DNA of 64,000 bases from Candidatus Latescibacterota bacterium. Lineage in GTDB: Bacteria; Latescibacterota; UBA2968; UBA8231. This document shows, piece by piece, positions 40,789 to 50,710 of this stretch. The stretch spans positions 288,001 to 352,000 of the forward strand of contig CBDAOB010000004.1 in the NCBI GenBank assembly GCA_965197905.1. Reading direction: 5' to 3'. Under the pieces are notes generated by a model. It saw only the letters and a program-made list of their open reading frames with translations, was not told the origin of the DNA and did no database searches. Positions within the stretch are counted from its first letter, which is position 1. Each line of letters begins with the position of its first letter. A program made the position numbers and the translations under genes.

Positions 40789-42137
40789 TTTACCGTTTGC
40801 ATGAGATAGATGAAATCGGCGTCATTGGATGGTCCAGTTGCCTCCGCGAACGGACCGGCAAAGAAGTGGCTGTAGCCCAACTGCACAGCCAACCTTCCAA
40901 ACGCTCGCGTAGCCGTGAGGTCTACCTCGGCGCCGGCGAATGAGCTCGGATCACCGATGGCACCCGCAGTCGGACGGAATACGCCCGCGCCCGCGTTGTA
41001 CCAGGCGTCCGCCTCCGGCTCATCGATCCAGAAAGCCTGGTAGGCCAGACGCCAACTCGTCCCCAGCGCGCGCGTAGCTGCGGTGGTCTCGAGGTTGTGC
41101 ATGTTCTGCAGTGAAAAGAAATCCATGTAGCCGTAATAGGCGTGATTGAGAGGATACTGATTGTCGAAGGTCGAGTGCTGAGTGTCCGTTGCATCGCCGT
41201 CCCCGGTGCCGTAACTGTAGGCCGCGCCAAGCCGGGTTTTGTCCAGGCGCTGGAGTCGGTACGCCCCGCCGGCGTGAACGGCTACGGCGCGCTGATCGTC
41301 GCCGCCATACTCGCCGACTTGACCGGCTATCTCCAGCTCACCCTCCCAGAAACCCCGGCTCTTGTGCCATCGGGTCCCGATCGTGAACACTTGGTCCTCC
41401 ACATCTTCCTCCGATCGCAGCAAAGCGTAGGCCTCGGCCCGCGCGTCGAAGGCGAAACTCCAGTCGGTAAGATAGCAGGCAAAGAAGGAGCTGTTGAAGA
41501 GCCGACTCCGGGTGGTGCCGTAGTCGTTGAAGCCGCCGGGATCCACGGGAACCAACCGAGATGCGATGAGTTCGACGGTTCGCTCTTCGGGAGTCCCCAG
41601 AGTCAAGCGAGCACTGTCCCAGACCCGAGCGGTATTCACCCATTCCAACGAGGCTATCAGGCGCTTGGCTCCCAGATTGAATTTCTGGCGGCCGAGTCGC
41701 AACCGGGTCGGAAACCTCCGCGTCGGCAGGGCGAAGTCGACGTAAGCCTGGTGCAGGTCGAGCTTGTCGGCGTAGATGTTGGGCACGGCGTTTTCGTCGA
41801 TCATTGGGGCAGCTGACTGTGATTCTCCGAACACTCGAGCGTCCTGTCCCTGGAGAAACAAAGAAACCCGGGGAACCGGCTCCCACGTCGCGTTGACGCG
41901 CAGCTGGGTGAGCAGGTAATCCTGCGCGCCCTGGTCAAAGTCGAAATCGTCCTTCAGTTCCTGGCGCAGTCGCAGGCTGCCGCCCATTCGAGGATATTCC
42001 GACGCAAGATCCTCTTGTGAGCTGGCCTCAGTCGCCAGGACGGTCAACGCAACCGCCACGGTAACTGTCCAACAGTTCAGCAGACCTCTTACCGATCCGC
42101 TCCGACCGCCGCTGGGCCATAGGGAACGCACTACCAC
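40782..42137 (-). CDS. alginate export (AlgE-like) family outer-membrane beta-barrel
   Basis: Signal peptide, LDLHQAYVD, RLGRQ, EWVNTARVWD, TFDNQYPLNHAYYGYMD, terminal aromatic residue. Confidence 0.78.
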   Translation of the reverse strand: MVVRSLWPSGGRSGSVRGLLNCWTVTVAVALTVLATEASSQEDLASEYPRMGGSLRLRQELKDDFDFDQGAQDYLLTQLRVNATWEPVPRVSLFLQGQDARVFGESQSAAPMIDENAVPNIYADKLDLHQAYVDFALPTRRFPTRLRLGRQKFNLGAKRLIASLEWVNTARVWDSARLTLGTPEERTVELIASRLVPVDPGGFNDYGTTRSRLFNSSFFACYLTDWSFAFDARAEAYALLRSEEDVEDQVFTIGTRWHKSRGFWEGELEIAGQVGEYGGDDQRAVAVHAGGAYRLQRLDKTRLGAAYSYGTGDGDATDTQHSTFDNQYPLNHAYYGYMDFFSLQNMHNLETTAATRALGTSWRLAYQAFWIDEPEADAWYNAGAGVFRPTAGAIGDPSSFAGAEVDLTATRAFGRLAVQLGYSHFFAGPFAEATGPSNDADFIYLMQTVKW

Positions 42138-44977
42138 AGATATCCAGAGCGACGTTTCTTCTCGCTCTCCTCATGACGCCGCACTTCGTTTTCGACTGCC
42201 TGCGCCAACCGCGACCCGCGCACCGTTGGCGGAAGGGTATCGAGCCAACTCTGCAACCGGTCCGCATCAAGCTCGACGTGTGCTCTGGCGACGTCTCGCG
42301 CCGGACCGAGGTTGGGTCGGGCACCGCCGGTTTCAGACTGGGCTTCGATGGCGCGACCCAGCCATTGCAAGCTCGCTTCGAGATCGCGACGCCGCAGCCG
42401 TGCGATCTTGAGGGCGGAATTCATACGCTCATACGGCGTTTTCGCCGTCCGATACCTTTCTTCGGCTAGTGCGAGTTCAGCGGGATCGGGCAATTCGTAG
42501 CGCAACAGGGCTCGTGCGCGTTCCGCGTCGAGCGCGCGCGTCGGAATAGGTTCGAGAAAATAACGTTGAAGCTCATCGAACGGCGTCAACGGCAACGCTG
42601 CGAAGGTGAATCGCACCAAGCGGTCCCACGGGTACCGCCGCAAGAGCTCGCGGTCGCCGCTTGAGTAACTGAGCCGCTGGTCGTCGTCCTTATAGATGTA
42701 AGGGGCTGACAAACGCGCAATGTCGTCGGGGGCGGCGCTGATCAGTGCCAAGATGCCCTCCAGCGAAGCTGTGTCGTACTGAGATTCCAGGCGCCAGCGC
42801 TTGTCGCTGACCAACCGCTCCCGCGCAAACACCTTGCCCCGCTCTTCGATCCAGGCGGTGCTGAATCGGGGGGGATCATTGCGTTTGAAGCTGAGCGTCA
42901 TGAAGTCGACAGGACCGGTGCGGACAAGAAACGTATGCGGGAACACCTCTGTCTGGGTTTTCACCAGACTCTGGGCTTCGTTGGGCGTGAGCCAGTAAAG
43001 CGGCACCCATTGCATCAGCACGCCGTCCTCCCGCAGCACCCGCTCTATGCTTTGATAGAACTCCAAAGAGTAGAGGGCATGCACGCCTTCCGCAGTAGGA
43101 GGGGGCGGTTCCATGGAGACCACATCGTAGTAGTCCGCAGAGGCGCGCTCCACAAAATGGCGTCCGTCGTCCAGGTGAATGGAAACTCGGGGATCGGTCC
43201 CGAGGTTGTGATTGAATTCCTTGAAGCGAGTGAGGGACAGCTCGATCATCTCCGGCGAGATGTCTACCACGTCCATCTGTTTGATCGGGTACATCAGCAG
43301 CGCTCCGAACGATTGACCCGAACCGATGGCGATTCCAAGAACGCGTTCGGGTGTTCCGGCGCGTGGATAGAAGAGCGCGGGCAGGTGCCCTTCTATCGCC
43401 TGAATCGAAAGCAGGCTGTCCGACACTACAGCCAGCACCTGATTTCCAGATGCGATGAATCGCTGTGTTCGGTCGGCGAAAACCGCGGCAGTGGTGATCG
43501 GACCTTCAATCAGGTCCAGAACCTTCATGCCCTGGAAGCGCTTGCCTACCCCATGGGTCTGCAGGGTTTCCAAGGTTACGTCATGACGCGCAAACCAGAT
43601 GGAACCCAACAACGCCGCGATGCCGAGAATGTGCCCTGGTCCTGCGGAGAGCCGTGTACGGGTATCTCTCTCCCTCACCAATCGGCTTTCCGCGCCGGCG
43701 CCCAGAGCTACAGTAAGCAGAGCAAAAGCGACCATCGTGCCGGTGAGACCGACCGTTGGCAGCAGGATGTAACCTGCGGCGAACCCGCCGGCGCTCGCAC
43801 CCAGAGTATTCCAGAAGACCAGGCCTCCAGATACGTTGCGGAGCTCGGTGCTGTGACGGGTGGCCGCGGCGATAAGGCCGGGGAGCGCCGTGCCTAGCAG
43901 CGTCACTGGGAGAAACAGTACGAGACTGATCTGAAAGAGCGGCGCAAAGAAGGTGGCATCTGCCGCCGGGCTAAAGAAGCGCCACGTCGGTTCCATAGTG
44001 GCGCTCGAGCGGGGAAGCTGGTATTCCGCCACGGTCCACCAGTCGAGACCGTAGAGGACCAGCAAGGCTGCGATCGGTTGAAGCAGTGCTATTACCCGCA
44101 ACGGATGGTACCCGTGGGCGAGGATGCGCGACATGACCATGCTGCCGGCCGCGAGCGCCGCGAGAAACACGGCAAGCAGTACGGCGGTCAAGTATACGGT
44201 AGCGTCGTTGAAGAGGGAGAAGTAGCGGACCCACGCGACCTGGTAGCCGATTGTCGCCAGCCCTGACACGACAGCCAGGGTGCAGAAGAAAAGAGTCGGT
44301 CCGGGCAGTCGCTCGGTCTCTGGGGTGGCCACATGAATCGGAGCGATTCCCCGAAAAAAGATAAGCGCCAAGGCGGCAATGGTGAGATTTCCGAAGCCGG
44401 CCGCCATGCTGGTGCCATTCATTCCAAGAGCGGGAATCGCGAAATAGCCGGTAAGTAGTACACCGATTACGGCGCCGACGATATTGAGCCCATAGAACAG
44501 GCTGGTGAGGGAACCGATGGAACCGTCGCGCTCGACGATTCCGTCCAGTAACAAAGGCAAGGTGCCGCCCATGAAGAAGGTGGGCACGATGAACAGCAGG
44601 AATAACAACGCGAAACGTAGGAGGAACAGGGCTTGGGCGTTTCCCGCCGCGTACGGATGGAGAACTCCGTAGGTTGCTCCGACCGCTTCGAAGAGAGTGG
44701 GAAACCCGAGGGCATAGATGCCGATGACAGCTTCGAACAGGCCGTAGACGAACAGCGGTGAGAGGCGCCGGCTGCGCAGGTGTCCGCCTACCCAAAGACT
44801 ACCAAATGCGAGACCGAGGAAGAAGCTGGTGAGTACAGTGGCGAGGGCGATCTGGCTGGAGCCCACTATCAGGGTCGCCTTGCGAATCCAGACGAGCTGG
44901 TATCCCAATCCCAGGGCCCCGGAAAGGGTAAACAGCACGCCGGCAAATAGAACGGCACTCCGCCGGGACAGCGGCAC
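42131..44977 (-). CDS. fused MFS/spermidine synthase-like membrane methyltransferase
   Basis: N-terminal TM domain (SG...LGYQLVWIR, PTFFMGGTLP, YGLNIVGA) plus SAM-binding domain (IAIGSG, VVDISPE, DDGRHF, LYSLEFY). Start probably GTG 44977, overlapping the upstream TAG. Confidence 0.85.
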   Translation of the reverse strand: MPLSRRSAVLFAGVLFTLSGALGLGYQLVWIRKATLIVGSSQIALATVLTSFFLGLAFGSLWVGGHLRSRRLSPLFVYGLFEAVIGIYALGFPTLFEAVGATYGVLHPYAAGNAQALFLLRFALLFLLFIVPTFFMGGTLPLLLDGIVERDGSIGSLTSLFYGLNIVGAVIGVLLTGYFAIPALGMNGTSMAAGFGNLTIAALALIFFRGIAPIHVATPETERLPGPTLFFCTLAVVSGLATIGYQVAWVRYFSLFNDATVYLTAVLLAVFLAALAAGSMVMSRILAHGYHPLRVIALLQPIAALLVLYGLDWWTVAEYQLPRSSATMEPTWRFFSPAADATFFAPLFQISLVLFLPVTLLGTALPGLIAAATRHSTELRNVSGGLVFWNTLGASAGGFAAGYILLPTVGLTGTMVAFALLTVALGAGAESRLVRERDTRTRLSAGPGHILGIAALLGSIWFARHDVTLETLQTHGVGKRFQGMKVLDLIEGPITTAAVFADRTQRFIASGNQVLAVVSDSLLSIQAIEGHLPALFYPRAGTPERVLGIAIGSGQSFGALLMYPIKQMDVVDISPEMIELSLTRFKEFNHNLGTDPRVSIHLDDGRHFVERASADYYDVVSMEPPPPTAEGVHALYSLEFYQSIERVLREDGVLMQWVPLYWLTPNEAQSLVKTQTEVFPHTFLVRTGPVDFMTLSFKRNDPPRFSTAWIEERGKVFARERLVSDKRWRLESQYDTASLEGILALISAAPDDIARLSAPYIYKDDDQRLSYSSGDRELLRRYPWDRLVRFTFAALPLTPFDELQRYFLEPIPTRALDAERARALLRYELPDPAELALAEERYRTAKTPYERMNSALKIARLRRRDLEASLQWLGRAIEAQSETGGARPNLGPARDVARAHVELDADRLQSWLDTLPPTVRGSRLAQAVENEVRRHEESEKKRRSGYLW

Positions 44978-45201
44978 TAGGTAACTTTCCGTTCGGCCAA
45001 AGGGGTCCAACCGCGATCCGGCCCGCGGACCTTGGTGTGCTCCCAACGCTCTCGCAATGCGGCGAACGCCTGCGGATCGTGAATTTCCTTTTCGGGGCGC
45101 TCGGAATCGCGAATGACGAAATACGCCTCGCCGGGACTACACGCCATCGTCACCGGATCGCGCTCGGATGTGTGATTCTCGGGTATTTCGTCCAGGGTGC
45201 C
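44977..45201 (-). pseudogene. probable 3' remnant of a gene truncated by the adjacent mobile DNA
   Basis: 74 sense codons (GTLDEIPENH...WTPLAERKVT*) whose TAG overlaps the next GTG. In-frame stop at 45226-45228 upstream and no RBS-backed start. Confidence 0.4.
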
Positions 45202-45270
45202 AGGCCAGTGTAAACCGTGACATCGCTAGTCTCCCCCGAATTTCAACAAGTCTCATGGTGTTCGTCATAA

Positions 45271-47411
45271 GTAGGGTCGGACCGGAGCGCCCTGCGCCAC
45301 ACGCGTGATGTGGGTTTCTCCGGCCCGCCCTCCGAACCGGACGTGCGCGTTACCACGCATCCGGCTCTCCACAAGGTGCCGTGTGACCGCAGAGTCTCAT
45401 CCGGTTGTCGCAGGCCAGGGAGAAGGGATCCGCGCCGATCGATAGCGGTAACGAGTCACTGCTACTTCGCCGACGTTGTAAAGAGCAATCCCGTCCTCGG
45501 TGGGCCACCATCCTGGCAGGTAGCGGCGTTTCAGCTTCCTCCAATTAAAGCGCGGGTGCTTGCGGCGCAGCCAATGCACTACGCGGCGCCAAGTGAAGCC
45601 CCGCACGTAGTTGAAAGTGGCCTTCGACACCCCGTACTGAAAGTAGTTGGCCCACCCCCGCAACACCGGATTGAGTTGGCGCAGAAGGCTCTTCAACGGC
45701 CTCTGCCGACCCGTTCTCGTGACTGCGCGCACCGTGCTCTTCAACCGGGCCAGAGATTCCTTTCTTGGCCACGTATAGATGCGTGCGCCAACCGGGCCCG
45801 GTTTCCGTCGCTTCTGAATGCGAAAACCCAGGAAATCGAAGCCACGGCTGATGTGCGTGATGGCGGTCTTCGTCTCCGACAGGTGCAGACCCATGGGGGT
45901 GAGAGTCACCCCCGCTTGGTCGCGCAGGTCATACGCTGCAGCTTCGGTGCCCGCCACCAGCAGCACGAAATCGTCAGCGTAACGGACAAGCCGACAAGTC
46001 GGTAGCCCCTTTCGCCGATGCGCTTGTCGCGCACTGGAGGTAGCGCCCACCTTTCTCCAGACCTCAGTGAAATAATCGTCGAGGACGGATAAGGCGATAT
46101 TTGCCACCAGCGGTGAGAGAATACCGCCTTGCGGAGTGCCCGAAGTGCTTTCTTGCAACACCGATTGTTCCGTGAGGACACCGGCCTTGCAGAACGCTTT
46201 TACAAGCCTCAGAACATGCTTATCACCGATACGTCGACGCACGCGGTCCAAGAGGGCTGCGTGATCAATCTCATCGAAACAAGCACGGATATCGCCCTCC
46301 ACCACCCACTCATAAGAGCGGGAGCAGAATTGATGAATCTCGGCGATGGCGTCCTGAGCCCGCCGATTCGGGCGGAAGCCGTAGGAGCACGGCTTGAAGT
46401 CCGCTTCGAAGATCGGTTCGAGCACCAGCTTGAGTGCGGCTTGGACCACTCGGTCCCGAGCGGTTGGGATGCCGAGCCGGCGCTTCTTCGTTGTGCCAGG
46501 TTTCGGAATCAACCGCTCGCGTACGGGCAGAGGCCGGAAACTGCGGGTCTTCAGATCAACCCGCACCTCGGCGAGAAAGGCCTCCTCGCCGCGTTCCGTC
46601 TCCACAGAGTAGGCCGTTTGTCCGTCCACTCCGGCCGAACGAGCACCCTTGTTGCTGCGCACCCGACGCCAGGCTACACTCAAAAACGCCGGGTCACACA
46701 CCAGGTTGAACAGGTCGTCGAAGCACTTGCTTCGATCCTCTACAGCCCAACGGTGCAGTTTGGTCTGGATTTCCAGTACTCGATTACGGGCTTGTTCTGC
46801 CTCGGGCCACGAAGCGCTGGCATTCACCGGCGTCCTCCTGTTTTTCCAGTACCCCACTGCGCAACTTGCTGCCTCCCTTCGCCATGTAAGCGGCTTTCCC
46901 GCTCGCGGACTACTACAGAGGCTCCGTCCCTTGCCAAGCCCCACAGCGGACAGCGCGCTGCCCCGATAACGGTCGGACTCGGCTCGGTTCCCACGTTCAC
47001 CATGAACCGTTTGACGGGGGAGGTGCCCAGCTTTTCCCCTGCAACTTCGCCTTGGGTACGCCGCAGGCATTCTCCAAGGCCTCTGCTTCGGTGGGTATCA
47101 CACCTCCCCAGAGTCGCAGTCGGTCATATATCCGACCACGTGCGTTGCGTACCAACCCTTATCCACCAGGTTTGGGTTGGCGGGCCGCTAAAGGGGGTTC
47201 CATCACTGGTTCACTTCGGGTTACACCATTCCGTCTTGCTTGCCAGACGTGGAGTGTCTGGAGGTGCCACTCCACTCTGTCGTTGTCGAGGCTGCTTCCA
47301 CCTTCCCCTGCGCTCCCAGGGTCAGGCTGCCTCCAGCTTCAACGGGCTGCTGCGACAGCCCGTTGGTGGGTCCTTGCATCCCACCCGGTTCTCTGGCGCC
47401 TCGTGGCGCAC
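45271..47411 (-). mobile_element. group II intron (2141 nt) with RT/maturase ORF
   Basis: 5' GTGCG at 47411. 34-nt domain V GAGCCGGATGCGTGGTAACGCGCACGTCCGGTTC (45367-45334). Domain VI ending CCGACCCTAC at 45271. Candidate EBS1 loop GATACC at 47099-47094. Confidence 0.93.
45397..46827 (-). CDS. ltrA: group II intron reverse transcriptase/maturase, no endonuclease domain
   Basis: AGVDG, RLGIPTARDRVVQ, SYGFRP, GTPQGGILSP, RYADD, FDFLGF, LRGWANYF. GTG 46827 with AGGAGG RBS. No HNH tail. Confidence 0.95.
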   Translation of the reverse strand: MNASASWPEAEQARNRVLEIQTKLHRWAVEDRSKCFDDLFNLVCDPAFLSVAWRRVRSNKGARSAGVDGQTAYSVETERGEEAFLAEVRVDLKTRSFRPLPVRERLIPKPGTTKKRRLGIPTARDRVVQAALKLVLEPIFEADFKPCSYGFRPNRRAQDAIAEIHQFCSRSYEWVVEGDIRACFDEIDHAALLDRVRRRIGDKHVLRLVKAFCKAGVLTEQSVLQESTSGTPQGGILSPLVANIALSVLDDYFTEVWRKVGATSSARQAHRRKGLPTCRLVRYADDFVLLVAGTEAAAYDLRDQAGVTLTPMGLHLSETKTAITHISRGFDFLGFRIQKRRKPGPVGARIYTWPRKESLARLKSTVRAVTRTGRQRPLKSLLRQLNPVLRGWANYFQYGVSKATFNYVRGFTWRRVVHWLRRKHPRFNWRKLKRRYLPGWWPTEDGIALYNVGEVAVTRYRYRSARIPSPWPATTG

Positions 47412-47933
47412 GATCCCGTCGGCCCAGGCGTACACCAGCTCGCGGTCATCCAGCCGTCGGCTGCGCCAGGCGTGGTATTCGACGATCCACTTATCCCGCA
47501 AACGCGCGATTGAGGACGGCGACAGCGGCGCTCCCGCTCCCAGCAGGCCGCGCAGCGCCAGCTCGAAGTCGCCTTGGGACAGACCGTGCAGATACAGTTC
47601 CGGCAACAGCTGACCCACCTCCTTCGTACGCCGCGCAAACAGCGGCAGAATGGCGCTCTCGAAGCGCTCTTCCAGACCTCGCACGCGTGGACGTTTTACC
47701 TCGATCGTGCCCGAGGTACAGGACAGTCGCCGCCGCTTCCCGTAGCCATTTCGATAGCCGCCGGGTGCGTCCAACGGGGCCTGACGCTGGTAGCGCGACC
47801 GCCCCAGCACCTGCGTCACTTCTTCATCCAAAACCGACTGCATCAAAGACTGAATCTGCGACCGCGTCCACGCTTCCAACGTTTCGAACGTGGGCATGGA
47901 CATTTCCGCGGTGCTCAGCTTAGGTTGTGGCAT
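47412..47933 (-). pseudogene. IS256-family transposase, N-terminal 174 codons, interrupted by the intron
   Basis: GYRNGYGKRR, PRVR, FESAILP, LYLHGLSQGDF, LSPSSIARL, YAWADGI, then the intron's GTGCG. Confidence 0.9.
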
Positions 47934-48041
47934 GGCGATTCTCCTCTTCCTGCCGGGACAGCCCCGGCGCGTGTAATGTCTAATTACAAAGGAAGGGTAG
48001 GATCGCCTTCTGTGTATTTCCACACCTTTTGATTCTAGCTC
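47412..48041 (-). mobile_element. left half of an IS256-family element
   Basis: Candidate left terminal repeat GAGCTAGAATCAAAAGGTGTGGAAA (48041-48017) resembling IS256-type ends. No right end found in the window. Confidence 0.7.
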
Positions 48042-48144
48042 TGTCCATTCGCACTCGCCGTCATCGAGGCCCAGGGGTGTGCCAGTACGGGTGCATGAGT
48101 AGAAGAACGGCGAAGAAGCTACCTGCGGAGATCTGCCTGTCAAT

Positions 48145-49221
48145 ATGTCGGAACGGAAGCTTGACCCGCGAATAGAAACCACACACTACCCTCGCCGCAT
48201 CGTCGAGAGTCTGACCGAAGGCGTGGTCGTGTTCGATCGGAAAGGCCTGATCCAAGTTGCCAATCCCGCATTGACGGCATTGGTGAGCCGTCCCACACCT
48301 TCCGGATCGAAGCTCGAGGATCTCGTCGGCCCGGGCGTCGCCCTGCACCACGCGTTTCTGCGTGCGCTCGAGGGTGAGCCACTGACCGACGAAGATCTCC
48401 AGTTTTCTTCCGCCGATGGACGTAACCTGTGGCTGCGGCTTACAGCCACTCGACTCAAGGACGAAGATTCAAACCTCCTTGGAACGATGGTGATCCTCAA
48501 AGATGTATCCGACCTGAAACGCGCGGAACGGGAAATCTGGCAGGTTGAGAAGATGAGCGCCCTCGGGCGCCTCGCCGCATCGGTGGCCCACGAGGTGGGC
48601 AATCCGCTTGGGGCGATCGACATTCAGCTTCAGCTCTTGCAAGAAGATGTGGCAGCCCTGGGAGAGGCGATGAGCGAGAAATCGGTGCGCAGATTGCAGA
48701 TCGCTCGTGCCGAGATGAGGCGGTTGGAGGGCATCGTGCAGAACTTCCTCCGCTTCTCGAGACCGCCGACGCTTCATCTGCTCAAGGTGTCGCCTAACGA
48801 TCTTCTAACTCGGGTTGTCGATCTGGTAACGCCGGAAGCGCGGGAGCAAGGGATCTACCTCTCCGCCAACCTGGGAACCTCGCTCCCCTCTGTCCTCATC
48901 GATGAAAATCAGTTGAGCCAGGCGTTGCTGAACGTGATCGTCAATGCGTTCCAGGCCGTTTCGGCAAGCGCCCGTGTGCTGCTCTATACAAAGGTGGAGT
49001 CGGATTCGGTGATCTTTGAGGTCGCCGACAATGGCTGCGGCATCGCTGCGGAGGATATGGAGCACATATTTGAGTATTACTATACTACGAAAGATGAGGG
49101 CACCGGTCTGGGTCTCTCCATTGCCCAGCGCATCGTGCACCACCACGGTGGAACCCTCGAACTGGAAAGCCAGGTGGGCGAAGGCACCACAGTCGCCATT
49201 CGATTGCCAGCCGTTCGCTAA
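48145..49221 (+). CDS. cytoplasmic PAS-domain sensor histidine kinase (NtrB/AtoS-like)
   Basis: PAS, H-box AHEVGNPL, N-box NAFQA, DNGCGI, GTGLGL. Confidence 0.93.
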   Translation: MSERKLDPRIETTHYPRRIVESLTEGVVVFDRKGLIQVANPALTALVSRPTPSGSKLEDLVGPGVALHHAFLRALEGEPLTDEDLQFSSADGRNLWLRLTATRLKDEDSNLLGTMVILKDVSDLKRAEREIWQVEKMSALGRLAASVAHEVGNPLGAIDIQLQLLQEDVAALGEAMSEKSVRRLQIARAEMRRLEGIVQNFLRFSRPPTLHLLKVSPNDLLTRVVDLVTPEAREQGIYLSANLGTSLPSVLIDENQLSQALLNVIVNAFQAVSASARVLLYTKVESDSVIFEVADNGCGIAAEDMEHIFEYYYTTKDEGTGLGLSIAQRIVHHHGGTLELESQVGEGTTVAIRLPAVR

Positions 49222-49223
49222 CC

Positions 49224-50582
49224 ATGCCTCGACGAAAAATCCGCATTCTCATAGCCGACGACGAACTGTTTATCCGCGAGGGTCTGCAGGAGGCGCTTCA
49301 GCGACCGCAATTCCAGATTGATCTTGCGGCCGACGGGTTGCAGGCTCGAGACCTGTTGCGAACCTCTAACTACCACCTGGTGGTTCTCGACTTGCGCATG
49401 CCCGGTTTGAGCGGCATGGATCTCCTGGAAGAGATTCGCGACGACTTTCCCGACACCCAGAGCATCGTGCTGACTGCTCACGGCAACGTCAACACCGCGG
49501 TGGAAGCAATGAAGCTGGGGGCCTTCGACTTCATCACCAAACCGGTGGAGATCGACCACCTTAGACTCCTGGTCGATCGAGCCCTGGAAAACCTGGAATT
49601 ACTGCAGCAGAACAGGAGCATGCAAAACCGCCTGACGACACAGGACAGCTTCCGTCGAATCGTACGGCGAAGCGCGACGATGCAGGAGGCGATCAAGACG
49701 GTGAAGCAGGTAGCCATGTCGGATGTCCCCGTCCTGCTGCGAGGGGAAACCGGTGTGGGTAAGGAGCTCATCGCGCGCGCCATCCACGAGCGCAGCCGCC
49801 GAAACGAACGGACGTTCGTCGCCGTGAACTGTGGCGGATTTACCGAGGAACTGTTCGCCAGCGAGATTTTCGGTCACGTGCGCGGAGCCTTTACCGGAGC
49901 CCACGCCGACAAACCCGGCCGTTTTACGCTGGCCGAATCAGGCACCCTGTTCCTGGACGAAATCGGAGAGGTGCCGCTGAAGAACCAGGTGGAGCTGCTG
50001 CGGGTTCTCGAAGCGGGAGAATTCCAGCCAGTAGGTGATTCGAAGGTGCACATGGCGGATGTGCGGATCATCGCGGCGACCAACCGCGACCTGTTGGAGG
50101 GGGTGAAGACCGGTCTGTTTCGGGAAGACCTCTATTACCGGTTGGAGGTCGTGCCGATAGACATCCCCCCGCTGCGCGAGCGCCGAGAGGACATACCGCT
50201 ATTGGCGGAGATTTTCCTGGAGGAGTCCTGTCGCGCCCACAACCAGGGGCGCAAGAGCATAGCTTCGGAAACGATGCCCCTATTGATCAATCACGCGTGG
50301 CCGGGCAATGTACGGGAGCTGCGAAACTTGATTCAGAGACTGGTGGTCACAGCCCCAGGTGGCGCCATCAAGCCGGAAAACCTGCCCAAAGCGCTCGCCG
50401 CCGTCGATGGGGACACAACCCAGATAAGCATCGAGCTTGGCGCCTCCCTTGAGGAGGTCGAGGCGGAATTGATCCGGGAGACCCTCGGCAGAATCACCTC
50501 CAACCGCCGACAGGCGGCAGCGGTTCTGGGCATCAGCGTCCGCGCCCTACAGTACAAATTGAAGAAGTACGGCATTCATTAG
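49224..50582 (+). CDS. sigma54-dependent response regulator (NtrC/AtoC family)
   Basis: Receiver (ADDE, LDLRMP), [29 protein letters not shown], Fis-type HTH. Confidence 0.95.
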   Translation: MPRRKIRILIADDELFIREGLQEALQRPQFQIDLAADGLQARDLLRTSNYHLVVLDLRMPGLSGMDLLEEIRDDFPDTQSIVLTAHGNVNTAVEAMKLGAFDFITKPVEIDHLRLLVDRALENLELLQQNRSMQNRLTTQDSFRRIVRRSATMQEAIKTVKQVAMSDVPVLLRGETGVGKELIARAIHERSRRNERTFVAVNCGGFTEELFASEIFGHVRGAFTGAHADKPGRFTLAESGTLFLDEIGEVPLKNQVELLRVLEAGEFQPVGDSKVHMADVRIIAATNRDLLEGVKTGLFREDLYYRLEVVPIDIPPLRERREDIPLLAEIFLEESCRAHNQGRKSIASETMPLLINHAWPGNVRELRNLIQRLVVTAPGGAIKPENLPKALAAVDGDTTQISIELGASLEEVEAELIRETLGRITSNRRQAAAVLGISVRALQYKLKKYGIH

Positions 50583-50694
50583 CTGCAAAATCTGCAGATC
50601 AGTGCCGATAGTGGAGTCGTGTTTTCTGCCGAACTCCGCCGGATCTCATCCTAATCCCTTTATTATCAACTAGTAACGACGACGTCTGGGCTTG

Positions 50695-50710
50695 TGGCAT
50701 TTTTTTTGCC
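50695..50710 (+). promoter_or_regulatory. sigma54 (-24/-12) promoter TGGCATTTTTTTTGCC
   Basis: GG(50696-97)-N10-GC(50708-09). IHF-like TATCAACTAGTAA at 50664-50676 and TGCA-N5-TGCA box at 50584-50596 upstream. Confidence 0.75.

Noticed and set aside
45397..46827. RT as a retron, DGR, Abi or CRISPR-associated RT
   Set aside because: It has a maturase X domain and sits inside a complete group II intron with GTGCG, domain V and domain VI.
47322..48182. 286-aa ORF as an intact transposase
   Set aside because: The last about 30 codons read into the intron, the first 83 lie upstream of the RBS-backed ATG at 47933, and the DDE core is incomplete.
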